A DNA stretch of 64,000 nucleotides, taken from contig JAHHIM010000024.1 in assembly GCA_019358915.1 (NCBI GenBank), positions 10,202-74,201 on the forward strand, written 5' to 3'. This stretch comes from Trichormus sp. ATA11-4-KO1 (lineage in GTDB: Bacteria; Cyanobacteriota; Cyanobacteriia; Cyanobacteriales; Nostocaceae). Below the pieces are notes generated by a model. The model was given only the letters and a program-made list of their open reading frames with translations, was not told where the DNA came from and ran no database searches. Within the stretch, counting starts at the first letter, position 1. Each line of letters begins with the position of its first letter. The translations under genes and the position numbers were made by a program. This document shows, piece by piece, positions 30,179 to 39,396 of the stretch.

Positions 30179-31048
30179 ATGATTTCGATGAACACGAGTG
30201 TGTATGACAGCGAAGACTACAGCCGAATTACTCAGGCGATCGCCTTCATGCGACAACATCACCTGAACCAACCCGATTTATCAACTGTGGCACAGCATAT
30301 AGGTCTGAGTGAATATTATTTTCAAAGGTTATTTACCCAATGGGCAGGCATCAGTCCCAAGCGTTTTTTACAATATCTCACTGTTGAATATGCTAAATCA
30401 AAAATCACCCAAACTAAAAGTCTTTTAGACCTGACCCTAGATGTTGGACTGTCAAGTCCAGGAAGATTACACGATTTGTTTGTGAACTTGGAAGCAATGT
30501 CTCCTGGTGAGTTCAAGACAGGAGGCGCAAGTTTACAAATTCGTTACGGCATTCATGATACCCCGTTTGGCAAGTCCTTACTCGCTACAACATCTCGTGG
30601 TGTCTGTCACCTGTCTTTTTTAGATGCATTAGATGAGCAGACCGCCGAGCAAACCCTGCGTCTGGAATGGAGAAGTGCTGAAATTATTCATGACCAACAA
30701 GCCACCCAACCCCTGCACAACCGGATTTTCCATCCAGATGCCTTCAGTCATCAGAAGCCACTAACGCTCCTGGTTAAGGGTACCAATTTTCAAATTCAAG
30801 TTTGGCGGGCACTTTTGAGAGTACCGTTTGGGGGTATCACAACTTATCAGAATATCGCTGAACTGATTGGTCGCCCAACTGCTGCTAGAGCCGTGGGTAA
30901 TGCTGTAGGCAAAAATTCCATTGCCTATCTTATTCCATGTCATCGTGTCATTCGGGAATCTGGGGAACTTGGTGGCTATAGATGGGGCTGGGAGCGTAAG
31001 ACAGCTATTTTAGGATGGGAAGCCAGTCGTACAATCTGCAATTTCTGA
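30179..31048 (+). CDS. Ada-like AraC HTH plus O6-methylguanine-DNA methyltransferase
   Basis: FQRLFTQWAGISPKRF, GTNFQIQVW, ARAVGNA and IPCHRVI active site. Confidence 0.92.
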   Translation: MISMNTSVYDSEDYSRITQAIAFMRQHHLNQPDLSTVAQHIGLSEYYFQRLFTQWAGISPKRFLQYLTVEYAKSKITQTKSLLDLTLDVGLSSPGRLHDLFVNLEAMSPGEFKTGGASLQIRYGIHDTPFGKSLLATTSRGVCHLSFLDALDEQTAEQTLRLEWRSAEIIHDQQATQPLHNRIFHPDAFSHQKPLTLLVKGTNFQIQVWRALLRVPFGGITTYQNIAELIGRPTAARAVGNAVGKNSIAYLIPCHRVIRESGELGGYRWGWERKTAILGWEASRTICNF

Positions 31049-31058
31049 GGATACTGTT

Positions 31059-31937
31059 ATGCGAGTTTCAGACGTTGCCGAACTCTTACTCTTAGCAGCG
31101 CTATGGGGTGGCTCCTTTTTATTTATGCGAATGACAGCACCTGTACTCGGTCCAGTTTGGTTGATTGAGATGCGAGTGCTATTGGCTGGTCTATTTTTGC
31201 TTCCGTTTCTGATTCGCCTAAATCTTTGGGGTGAAGTGCGTCGTCAAGTCATCCCGTTATTTATTGTGGGTTTTATTAATTCAGCGCTGCCTTTCTCACT
31301 ACTTGCCTTTGCATCCCTATTTTTACCTGCTGGGTTCACCTCTATCTTGAATGCAACATCACCCTTATTTGGCACAATTGTTGCTTCTGTTTGGTTAAAG
31401 GAAAAGCTAACAGTTAGCCGAATGATTGGTTTTGTTTTGGGCTTTGCTGGAGTTGTTGCCCTGATAGGATGGAAGACTTTTGCCGCAACACCCTCTTTTT
31501 TCGCTGCGGTGGGTGCTGGTTTGCTAGCAGCCGTGATGTATGCGATCGCAGCTCCCTACGCCAAGCAGCAATTGTCAAGTGTTCCTTCATTAGTTACTTC
31601 AACAGTTAGCCAACTGAGTGCAGCCATTTTTCTTTTACCAGCTTTACCGTTCACAGTACCAAAAACTGTACCTACAACAGACATCGTTGTAGCAGTTCTC
31701 GCACTCGCTTTATTCTCAACGGCATTAGCCTATATTCTCTACTTCCGGCTGATCAAGAACATAGGTTCAACAAAAGCACTGACTGTCACCTACTTAATTC
31801 CCTTGTTTGCAATGCTATGGGGCGCAATCGTGCTTAAGGAGCCAGTGACTTCATCGATGGTATTTGGCTGTACTCTGATTCTGCTGGGTACAGCGATCGC
31901 CAATGCAGCCAATCCACTAAAAATATCACACAATTAA
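31059..31937 (+). CDS. DMT/EamA family transporter
   Basis: LWGGSFLF, SILNATSPLF, about 10 TM segments, YLIPLFAMLWG...LKE. Confidence 0.9.
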   Translation: MRVSDVAELLLLAALWGGSFLFMRMTAPVLGPVWLIEMRVLLAGLFLLPFLIRLNLWGEVRRQVIPLFIVGFINSALPFSLLAFASLFLPAGFTSILNATSPLFGTIVASVWLKEKLTVSRMIGFVLGFAGVVALIGWKTFAATPSFFAAVGAGLLAAVMYAIAAPYAKQQLSSVPSLVTSTVSQLSAAIFLLPALPFTVPKTVPTTDIVVAVLALALFSTALAYILYFRLIKNIGSTKALTVTYLIPLFAMLWGAIVLKEPVTSSMVFGCTLILLGTAIANAANPLKISHN

Positions 31938-33122
31938 ATTTACCCGTGTTATGCCTTCGCGCATTTTATATTGTCGCTTTGACCAAGAGTGTTTGATGAT
32001 TTTACGTAATAAGGGAGCAAGTTGAACCAACAGCGATCGCAGCAATGGATTGTTCAGTTGTTGGCGTTGTCTGGCTTCTTCTAACTGGAGTTGCTGGGCG
32101 CGGATAATTTCTGGCTCACGTTCTGCTTGAATGCGCGACAGTGCCAAATCAATTTCTTGGTGTCCGGCTTTTGCTTGCAACAAAGGCACTAAATGATTAA
32201 CAGCAACAATCACATCACGTAATGCAACATTGATGCCTTGCGCGCGGACAGGAGACATGGGGTGTGCAGCGTCACCTAGAAGCAGTATTCCTGGTGTTTG
32301 CCATTGAGGACAACGACCAACCACAACAGAAAGTTTAATGGGTGATTCAATGGTATCTGCATAATTACGGAAATGTTCCGCCAGCCATGAAGGTGATAGT
32401 GAGGCAAAAATTTCTCCCCAATTTGCTTGCTTGTAGTCAGTTTTTTCATCTGCGGATATTACCCAAGCCAGATGTAGTTTTCCTGCTTCTGCTCCATGAA
32501 AGATGCTAAAAGCGCGATCGCCATTTACAATCGTCCGAAACACATTATCATCGGCAAACTTGGGGCTAGCAGCTAGCTTAAACCAGAGAATATCTATATT
32601 TTTGGGCTGACGTACCAATTTTAATCCGGCACGTTCTCGCACAATTGAGTTACGACCATCTGCCCCAATCACTAAATCAGCAGAAATTTGCCGCCCATCA
32701 CTCAGGACTACACCGACAACACGTTGATTGCTCCACAATAAATCTTTTACAGGCAAACCCTGGATAAGTTCAAACTCATCATTAAGTTGAGCTTCCGAAA
32801 TCAGTGCTTTGAGTAGCGGCGGTTGTGAAACCAGTGTACAAGGTCGGGTTGCCCCCATTGGTTCCTCAACTCGAAATAACTGTTTCCCCTCAATCATGAA
32901 TTCCCACGCACTCAGTGGTCGATGGGGAATCTGTTCTAACAACGCAGATAGTCCCATTTGTTCGAGTGCATCTAAGCCACTGGGCATTAATCCCTCACCG
33001 CGAAATACACGATGAAAGTCTTTTGCTGCTTCAATTAATGTTACTGCGATACCACGTTTTACAAGGAGTAGGGCAAGTGCTGCACCTGTTGGGCCTGCGC
33101 CCACAATTATAATTTGTGCCAC
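31926..33122 (-). CDS. FAD-dependent monooxygenase/oxidoreductase
   Basis: IVGAGPTG, IGADGRNS and LLGDAAHPMSP...QGIN. Confidence 0.9.
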   Translation of the reverse strand: MAQIIIVGAGPTGAALALLLVKRGIAVTLIEAAKDFHRVFRGEGLMPSGLDALEQMGLSALLEQIPHRPLSAWEFMIEGKQLFRVEEPMGATRPCTLVSQPPLLKALISEAQLNDEFELIQGLPVKDLLWSNQRVVGVVLSDGRQISADLVIGADGRNSIVRERAGLKLVRQPKNIDILWFKLAASPKFADDNVFRTIVNGDRAFSIFHGAEAGKLHLAWVISADEKTDYKQANWGEIFASLSPSWLAEHFRNYADTIESPIKLSVVVGRCPQWQTPGILLLGDAAHPMSPVRAQGINVALRDVIVAVNHLVPLLQAKAGHQEIDLALSRIQAEREPEIIRAQQLQLEEARQRQQLNNPLLRSLLVQLAPLLRKIIKHSWSKRQYKMREGITRVNLIV

Positions 33123-33171
33123 TTCATCCCTCCTGGATGTGTTTTTTAAAACTACATTTATCCAATATTAA

Positions 33172-33265
33172 TAGGACTTACGCACAAGTTACGGAAGAAT
33201 CAAACCGCAGAGGCACAGAGAACACGGAGGAATGAGAGTTAGAGAAGTATTTTGCGTAAGTCCTA
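33172..33265. mobile_element. MITE-like element
   Basis: Perfect 13-bp terminal inverted repeat TAGGACTTACGCA...TGCGTAAGTCCTA. Confidence 0.7.
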
Positions 33266-33309
33266 ATTAAAATTCTATCAACTGCGAGACAATTTAGGGC
33301 ATTTTCTTT

Positions 33310-33744
33310 CTAAGAATTACGAATTATATCAATGTCATTCCCGTCATATATCCACATTGGTTTGACCCCCTGTGAATGCTGAAAACCAAGTTTTTCATAA
33401 AACGGAACAGCATTATCTATTGCCAGTAATATTTGCTGATGAAAATTAATATAAGGGCTTTGCAGACGTTTCATAATTTCACGTCCTATACCTCTATTTT
33501 GATATGACGGTAATACTAATAAATGAGGGTAGTAAACAACTAAAGCACCATCTGAAATAGCATTACCAAGACCAATCAGCAAATTCTCATGCCATGCAGA
33601 AATAACTGTGTGCGAGTTGGTGAGTGCTAACAAAAGTTGTTCAGGTTTCTCTGCCGATGACCATCTACATTGTGAATAAAGATTGATTACCTGTTCACGA
33701 GGAAGTTTTGTTTGATCTTGATACTCAATTTCTGCATAAGTCAT
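33310..33744 (-). CDS. GNAT family N-acetyltransferase
   Basis: LLVLPSYQNRGIG and AVPFYEKLGF; ATG at 33744 preferred. Confidence 0.85.
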   Translation of the reverse strand: MTYAEIEYQDQTKLPREQVINLYSQCRWSSAEKPEQLLLALTNSHTVISAWHENLLIGLGNAISDGALVVYYPHLLVLPSYQNRGIGREIMKRLQSPYINFHQQILLAIDNAVPFYEKLGFQHSQGVKPMWIYDGNDIDIIRNS

Positions 33745-33785
33745 GGCTATCGTGTTGTTAGATAGGAATATAACAATCAATTAAT

Positions 33786-34397
33786 TCACTTTTTTGCCAC
33801 TCCTTTATATAGATAGCCTGAAATTTTTGGTAAATTTTCGCCGACAAATTCTTCTAGAGTAACAGTATCAAAACTTTGCTCAACTAATTGTCTAATATTA
33901 CGGTTGAAATGACACCCATCTCCTATAATTTTTTGTATGGGTGTTAATCGGTTTTGCCAAACCTGGATTTTAGGTTTATTACTCAATCCATGTTCCAAGA
34001 AAAAGAATTGTCCACCTGGTTTCAAAACTCGATAGACTTCTTTCAATGCTTGTTCAACTTTGGCAATACTACATAAAGTAAATGTACTAACCACACTATC
34101 AAATGTATTATCTACCATTGGCAAATTTTCACCGTTTAATACTCGATGATCTACTGTAATTGAGGATGATTGAATACGTTTTTGCGCTATTTTATGAACT
34201 CCAGAATTGACATCAACCGTGATAATTTTTTCCAGTTCTTGAGGATAGTAGGAAAGATTTAAACCTGTGCCGAAACCAATTTCTAAAGTTTCACCTTTTA
34301 CATTTGCTAAAATTTCTTGCCGATACTTGGTAATACTGGGGTCGGATAGTGACCAATCAAGCAGATAAGGAAGTATTTTTTGTGAATAAAATCCCAT
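33786..34397 (-). CDS. Class I SAM-dependent methyltransferase
   Basis: LEIGFGTG, FDSVVSTFTLCS and RVLKPGGQFFFLEHG. Confidence 0.9.
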   Translation of the reverse strand: MGFYSQKILPYLLDWSLSDPSITKYRQEILANVKGETLEIGFGTGLNLSYYPQELEKIITVDVNSGVHKIAQKRIQSSSITVDHRVLNGENLPMVDNTFDSVVSTFTLCSIAKVEQALKEVYRVLKPGGQFFFLEHGLSNKPKIQVWQNRLTPIQKIIGDGCHFNRNIRQLVEQSFDTVTLEEFVGENLPKISGYLYKGVAKK

Positions 34398-34436
34398 TTT
34401 ATACTCCTATGAAACTTGATCAGAGTATACAATTTT

Positions 34437-35309
34437 TCACCGTGCGATCGCTACATGAGGCAAACGGCTCCATTCATTCCAAGAGCCGTCGTAATTGCGA
34501 ACCTGGGGATAGCCGAGTAAATACTTTAAAACAAACCAAATATAGCCGGAACGCCCACCAATGGCGCAGTAGGGAAATACTTCTTTATCAGTTGTGATAC
34601 CTTGACTTTTGTAAAGAGCTTGTAATTCGTCGAATGATTTGAAGGTTCCGTCTTCGTTTAAAGTCAGGATATGCTCAATGTTAATTGCACTGGGTATATG
34701 TCCAGCACGCTCAGTTGCTGTTGGGGGCTGATTGAAAAACCACTCGCCACTATACTCTTGAGGTGTGCGAACATCTAATAAGACACAATCATTTTTACCG
34801 ATAGATGCCTGAACTTCCTCATGTGAAACTCTGAGGCTAGTATCAGGAGTTTTGGCAGAGTATGGAACTGGTTGATATGTGGATAATTCTGTTGCTAGTG
34901 GACGACCTTCTGATTTCCATTTCTGATATCCACCATTGAGAACTCGTACATTCTCATGTCCAAATAATTTTAATAACCAAAAAATCCAAGCTCCTGTTCC
35001 GGGATAGCTACCATAGGCGATTACCGTCGTCTCGTTGGTGATGCCAGATTTTGACATCAACTGCTCAAATGCGATCGCCTCCGGCGGGGCGTAGCCCATC
35101 GCATCTAAATTCATTCTCCAATCGGGTAATAATATGTCTGTTAAGATGTTCCAAAACACAGACCCAGGAATGTGAGCATTTTTATATGGCTGTGGCATCA
35201 TATCGACTTCGATAATGCGGAGATTTGGCTCATGCAGGTGATTTGCTAGCCATTCAGTATCAACTAAAACGTCGGGATGGGCATACTGGGAGATGATTTT
35301 TGTTGACAT
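34437..35309 (-). CDS. Two-domain rhodanese sulfurtransferase
   Basis: HIPGS, LNGG, LLDVR, GHIPSA, YCAIGGRS and NYDGSWNEW. Confidence 0.92.
   Translation of the reverse strand: MSTKIISQYAHPDVLVDTEWLANHLHEPNLRIIEVDMMPQPYKNAHIPGSVFWNILTDILLPDWRMNLDAMGYAPPEAIAFEQLMSKSGITNETTVIAYGSYPGTGAWIFWLLKLFGHENVRVLNGGYQKWKSEGRPLATELSTYQPVPYSAKTPDTSLRVSHEEVQASIGKNDCVLLDVRTPQEYSGEWFFNQPPTATERAGHIPSAINIEHILTLNEDGTFKSFDELQALYKSQGITTDKEVFPYCAIGGRSGYIWFVLKYLLGYPQVRNYDGSWNEWSRLPHVAIAR
35071..35102. mobile_element. 24-nt short dispersed repeat inserted in frame at a HIP1 site
   Basis: Minus strand GCGAT-GGGCTACGCCCCGCCGGAG-GCGATCGC; removing 24 nt restores a single HIP1 site and the reading LDAIAFEQ. Confidence 0.7.
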
Positions 35310-35411
35310 GCTAAAGTCTTCCTTAAAGGTGAATTCATTTCTTATACACAGTTAAGATAAAGCTCATGTTCTGACCCCGCCTAGTCCTCGAACGAGTACA
35401 CTTTGCAAATC

Positions 35412-36122
35412 ATGGCGAACTTGCAATCTTTATTTCCCCGCATCACCCACGCCCAAAATGAACAAGAATTGCGATCGCTGATTTTGGTAGAAGTTAGTGA
35501 ATATTTTGCCGCTAAACGCTCAGGATTATTTTTTGTCGAGCAACTTCCCTTGCTGGAAGGCAAGTTACAAAAAGTTATGCAACTGGCGTTATCTACCAAG
35601 TACAATCCTGTTGTGCGCTACTTGGTAGAGCGACACGCCCCGGTTCACGAAGCTTTGGTAATATCACCGAAAGCATGGCAGTTGATTTGTCCACGTGCTG
35701 ACCACTGGCATGTCATGGTGGGGCCAATTGTCAATCAAGGTCAATTAGTTGGTGTGATTGGCTTGACTCGTACCCTGGGAATGCCTGCATTTGATACGCA
35801 AAATTTGCTTGATTTAAGCGCACTTTGTCTGCATTTATCTTCTTGGGTAGCAACGGTGCGCTCGCCAAACTTTTCTCAACACAAATTGCCATACCCACAA
35901 TTCCAGACAAATCGCCTCACACCCCGCGAACTACAAATTGCTGAACTAGTCGCTCAAGGGCGAACCAGTTCACAAATTGGTGCTGAACTTTGGATTACTG
36001 AAAATTCCGTAAAGCAAGCCTTAAAGCGAATGTTCCGTAAGCTGGAAGTTTCGTCTCGCGCAGAGATGGTGGCTCGGTTGTCTGCAAGTACTATGGCACA
36101 CTATCAAAAAGAATTGTTTTAA
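35412..36122 (+). CDS. GAF plus LuxR-HTH transcriptional regulator
   Basis: LTPRELQIAELVAQG...ITENSVKQALKRMFRKLEVSSR; GAF-like N-terminal part; divergent from the rhodanese gene. Confidence 0.85.
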   Translation: MANLQSLFPRITHAQNEQELRSLILVEVSEYFAAKRSGLFFVEQLPLLEGKLQKVMQLALSTKYNPVVRYLVERHAPVHEALVISPKAWQLICPRADHWHVMVGPIVNQGQLVGVIGLTRTLGMPAFDTQNLLDLSALCLHLSSWVATVRSPNFSQHKLPYPQFQTNRLTPRELQIAELVAQGRTSSQIGAELWITENSVKQALKRMFRKLEVSSRAEMVARLSASTMAHYQKELF

Positions 36123-36595
36123 ACTGTTTCTTTATCCACCCAACTCACCTGCTTTTGAACTCCATACCCATCTTCAATAGTGTGGCCTGGATAGGAATTT
36201 GACCGTGATTGAATGACAATCCAGTAAAGTGCTTCTACATCTGAGGTATTGCGAAAACAGCGTTCTCCTTCAGGATCTACCCGTACTACTGTTCCCTCAC
36301 TTATGGGAAAGACACGTTCATCAACTTGAAATTCTCCCTGCCCGCGAATAAAAATGTAAATTTCTTCGTTGAGCTGATGCTTGTGATAAAACGGTATTGA
36401 CTGCTGTGGTAGAAGCATATTGACAGAAATCTCTGCACTGGTGAGGTCAAGCAGTTGTTTCAAAAATACCTTACCCTCGAACTCAAATGGAACCCCTGGA
36501 GCCTGAAATTTAAACTGATGTAACTGAGAGAAATTTCCTAAGTTCACAGCAGCAAAGTTTTGCCCGGTTTTGACAGATAGAGAAAATTGAGTCAT
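36119..36595 (-). CDS. Cupin domain protein
   Basis: PFYHKHQLNEEIYIFIRGQG...EGTVVRVDP. Confidence 0.85.
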   Translation of the reverse strand: MTQFSLSVKTGQNFAAVNLGNFSQLHQFKFQAPGVPFEFEGKVFLKQLLDLTSAEISVNMLLPQQSIPFYHKHQLNEEIYIFIRGQGEFQVDERVFPISEGTVVRVDPEGERCFRNTSDVEALYWIVIQSRSNSYPGHTIEDGYGVQKQVSWVDKETV

Positions 36596-36677
36596 TTTTA
36601 ACTTTTAAATTGCAAGTTAAAAGCTAAGATACCAAGATAATTTGTAAAATGCAAGTAATTTAATTTATCCCTGAATC

Positions 36678-37013
36678 ATGCAGTCACGAAGGTCACCATG
36701 CCCCATAGCTTGTACATTAGATTTAATAGGCGATCGCTGGACGCTGCTGATCATTAGGGACATGATGTTTTTCCATAAGCAGCGTTTTGAGGAGTTTTTA
36801 GACTCTCCTGAAGGAATTTCTACAAATATCTTGTCAAATCGGTTGAAATTGCTAGAAGAGCTAGGTTTAGCAGAAAAACAGCTATATAGTAACCATTCTC
36901 GACGGATGAGCTATCAATTAACAGAACGAGGTCAAAGCCTCCGCCCTGTGTTGAAAACGATGATTGCTTGGGGACTCAAGCACATTCCTGAAACTCAGAT
37001 TCCTGATGAGTAA
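36678..37013 (+). CDS. HxlR-family winged-helix regulator
   Basis: CPIACTLDLIGDRWTLLIIRD, GISTNILSNRLK and YQLTERG. Confidence 0.9.
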   Translation: MQSRRSPCPIACTLDLIGDRWTLLIIRDMMFFHKQRFEEFLDSPEGISTNILSNRLKLLEELGLAEKQLYSNHSRRMSYQLTERGQSLRPVLKTMIAWGLKHIPETQIPDE

Positions 37014-37056
37014 TTTCAAACTAAGCGACACTCATATTTACTACGGAGGCAGCAAT

Positions 37057-37181
37057 TTTATCAGTTATGCCCCCATGAGCTTATGGGAATAAAAATGGTG
37101 GGTAGCTCACAAGTCTTAAATAGGGCGACACCCAGATAAAATACTGTGCATATTTACTACTGAGCCGATAACTGCGATCGC
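37057..37181 (-). repeat. Direct-repeat copy of the cobA 3' end and downstream flank
   Basis: 37116-37181 matches 37846-37911 at 65/66 nt; looser similarity continues into the flank (TTTATCAGTTAT...CCCATGA.CTT). Confidence 0.85.
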
Positions 37182-37233
37182 AGGTACTGTAAATCTAGTA
37201 TAAGCTGTTACGAGCAGGACAACATTCTCTTGC

Positions 37234-37533
37234 TTATGGCAGCCGACTACGCCATTTTTGAGGATTTTGAGAGCAATGAAAAACTGAGTAGACAATGAGC
37301 GTATAGTCAAAATACTCGTAGAAAACAACGTAAGGAAAGCGGCGAACGACAGCCCTTCTATAACTTTCATAAACTACCGGATACATTGTTGGGTTTCGTC
37401 GAACAAAATGAAGGCAAGCATCAACACAACGAAGAAACTCTTCACCCAAACCAGGTTCCTGATTTTCATACCAAGTGTAAGCCTGAACTGTATCCTGTTC
37501 TGCTTCTGGCAGAATAATCAAGTTTCTAAACAT
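37234..37533 (-). CDS. RelE/ParE family toxin
   Basis: LIILPEAEQD...WYE...LGEEF...RRAVVRRFPYVVFY...VFHCSQNP. Confidence 0.85.
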   Translation of the reverse strand: MFRNLIILPEAEQDTVQAYTWYENQEPGLGEEFLRCVDACLHFVRRNPTMYPVVYESYRRAVVRRFPYVVFYEYFDYTLIVYSVFHCSQNPQKWRSRLP

Positions 37534-37753
37534 CGCTGCTGTTTAGGCGAATTCTCTCTTTGACTTCCTCCCATGAACTACCTGAGTCAGGATTCTGCAA
37601 GTATGCTGCTTTTCTCTTAGCAAGTTCTTCTTTCTGCCAGTCAAGCACAGAGATTTGTTCTGGAACAGAGGCAATACTATCCCATAAATCTTCCACAAGC
37701 TGTAACTTTTCCGAGAGGGTTAACTCAAAAATTTGAGTGAACTCTTTGTTCAT
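37526..37753 (-). CDS. Addiction-module antitoxin (TIGR02574-like)
   Basis: LTLSEKLQLVEDLWDSI...WQKEELAKR...SWEEVKERI; overlaps the toxin start. Confidence 0.85.
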   Translation of the reverse strand: MNKEFTQIFELTLSEKLQLVEDLWDSIASVPEQISVLDWQKEELAKRKAAYLQNPDSGSSWEEVKERIRLNSSDV

Positions 37754-37845
37754 GCTGACTTTACCAAGGAAAACCTGTTTTTTCTAGTTTATCAGTTATA
37801 CTCTCCCATGAACTTCTGTAGTGTAAATAGCTAGTTCATGTACTC

Positions 37846-38625
37846 TTAAATAGGGCGACACCCAGATAGAATACTGTGCATATTTACTACTGAGCCGATA
37901 ACTGCGATCGCGGGTGCGCCAAATCCAGTTTCCTCAACTTGCCCAATAATTGACTCTAACGTCCCGACCAATTCTGCTTGTTCTGGTCGTGTACCCCAAC
38001 GCACCAAGGCAATGGGTGTCTCTACACTCAACCCAGCTTGACTTAACTGTTCCACAATGTAAGGTAGATTGTGCATCCCCATGTAAATCACAATGGTTTC
38101 CGAACCGTGGGCGATCGCCTGCCAATTCACCCTCGGTCTATACTTACCTGCTGACTCATGCCCAGTTACAAAAGTTACAGAAGAACTATGCAGTCGATGA
38201 GTTAAAGGTATCCCAGCATAAGCAGGAGCCGCAATTCCTGATGTAATTCCTGGCACAACTTCTACAGATATCCCAGCTTGGACTAAATCTGCCATTTCTT
38301 CGCCACCGCGACCAAAAATAAACGGGTCGCCGCCCTTGAGTCGCACCACTACTGCGTGATCTTGCGCCTTTTCAATGAGCAGATGGGTGGTTTCTTCTTG
38401 TAATAATGAATGTCTCCCCATCCGCTTACCTGCGTTGATTTTTTCGGCTTGGGGATTAATCATAGCCAGAATTGCTGGACTGACCAAGGCATCATAGATC
38501 ACGACATCCGCACATTCCAATAAACCCTTACCTTTAAGGGTCATTAATCCTGGATCTCCAGGCCCCGCACCTATTAAATAAACCTTACCTAAACACCCTT
38601 GCGCTTCTTTCTCTGTGCGGCTCAT
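37846..38625 (-). CDS. cobA: Uroporphyrinogen-III C-methyltransferase
   Basis: VYLIGAGPGDPGLMT, RLKGGDPFIFGRGGEE, VVPGITS and GIPLTHR. Confidence 0.96.
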   Translation of the reverse strand: MSRTEKEAQGCLGKVYLIGAGPGDPGLMTLKGKGLLECADVVIYDALVSPAILAMINPQAEKINAGKRMGRHSLLQEETTHLLIEKAQDHAVVVRLKGGDPFIFGRGGEEMADLVQAGISVEVVPGITSGIAAPAYAGIPLTHRLHSSSVTFVTGHESAGKYRPRVNWQAIAHGSETIVIYMGMHNLPYIVEQLSQAGLSVETPIALVRWGTRPEQAELVGTLESIIGQVEETGFGAPAIAVIGSVVNMHSILSGCRPI

Positions 38626-39335
38626 TTATGTATCAAATCCCCAATTATCTCAGCTAATTCTGTACTTGCTCCCAAAGGTTCTGCCAGTTGGCAAGTTACA
38701 GCAGGAAATTGTAATTTTAGCGTTTCTACGGACTTTGCGATCGCATCGGTAATACCACCTGTGAATAGAAAATATGGCAAAATTGCAATTTCCCTCTTGC
38801 CAGCAGCCACAAGCTCTTGTACCTGCGATTCTAATTTAGGTGGTACAGCCCAATAAGCCGCCACTGCTCCCAATTTGGCTGCAATTGTTTCTATTGGCTC
38901 TAAGGAACCAGGACGACTGCTACCATGAGCTAACAAAATTGATTTTTCAGCTTTCATCGTAGCCATTTGCTTGACTAGCAATGTGACTAAGCCGGGATGA
39001 CTGCCTAAATGTGGTTGCAGATTAATCATGATATCTTGACCAACAGCCTGTTGCGCCAGTGCAATCTCGACAGGAATATCTGTCATTACATGCACACCCG
39101 GTAGCAGAAATAACGGTATTACCTTGAGGCTACTAGCCCCGGAAACTAAAGCACTGTGGGCAAATTGTTTAATCTGCTCATGCAAAGGCTCAGGTTTTAA
39201 TTCTAGAGAAGCTATACCCATAAGATGTTTGGTATTCCCCAGTTTCTGCGATACCAACCCTGCTAATTGCTGCATAGCAATTTCTGGGCGTGGGTCACGA
39301 CTACCGTGGGATACCAGCAAATACGCAGATGTCAT
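38622..39335 (-). CDS. cbiX: Sirohydrochlorin chelatase (CbiX/SirB)
   Basis: LLVSHGSRDP, PLFLLPGVHVMTDIP, LLAHGS and PYFLFTGG. Confidence 0.85.
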   Translation of the reverse strand: MTSAYLLVSHGSRDPRPEIAMQQLAGLVSQKLGNTKHLMGIASLELKPEPLHEQIKQFAHSALVSGASSLKVIPLFLLPGVHVMTDIPVEIALAQQAVGQDIMINLQPHLGSHPGLVTLLVKQMATMKAEKSILLAHGSSRPGSLEPIETIAAKLGAVAAYWAVPPKLESQVQELVAAGKREIAILPYFLFTGGITDAIAKSVETLKLQFPAVTCQLAEPLGASTELAEIIGDLIHK

Positions 39336-39396
39336 ACCAATTAAAAAAAAGAGTGAGACACAAACACAGCCAAAGTCTAATTTTCTTAATTACGAA

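Noticed and set aside
37116..37370. 84-aa ORF ending in AIAVIGSVVNMHSILSGCRPI
   Set aside because: Artefact of the duplicated cobA 3' end read through from an alternative frame of the toxin gene
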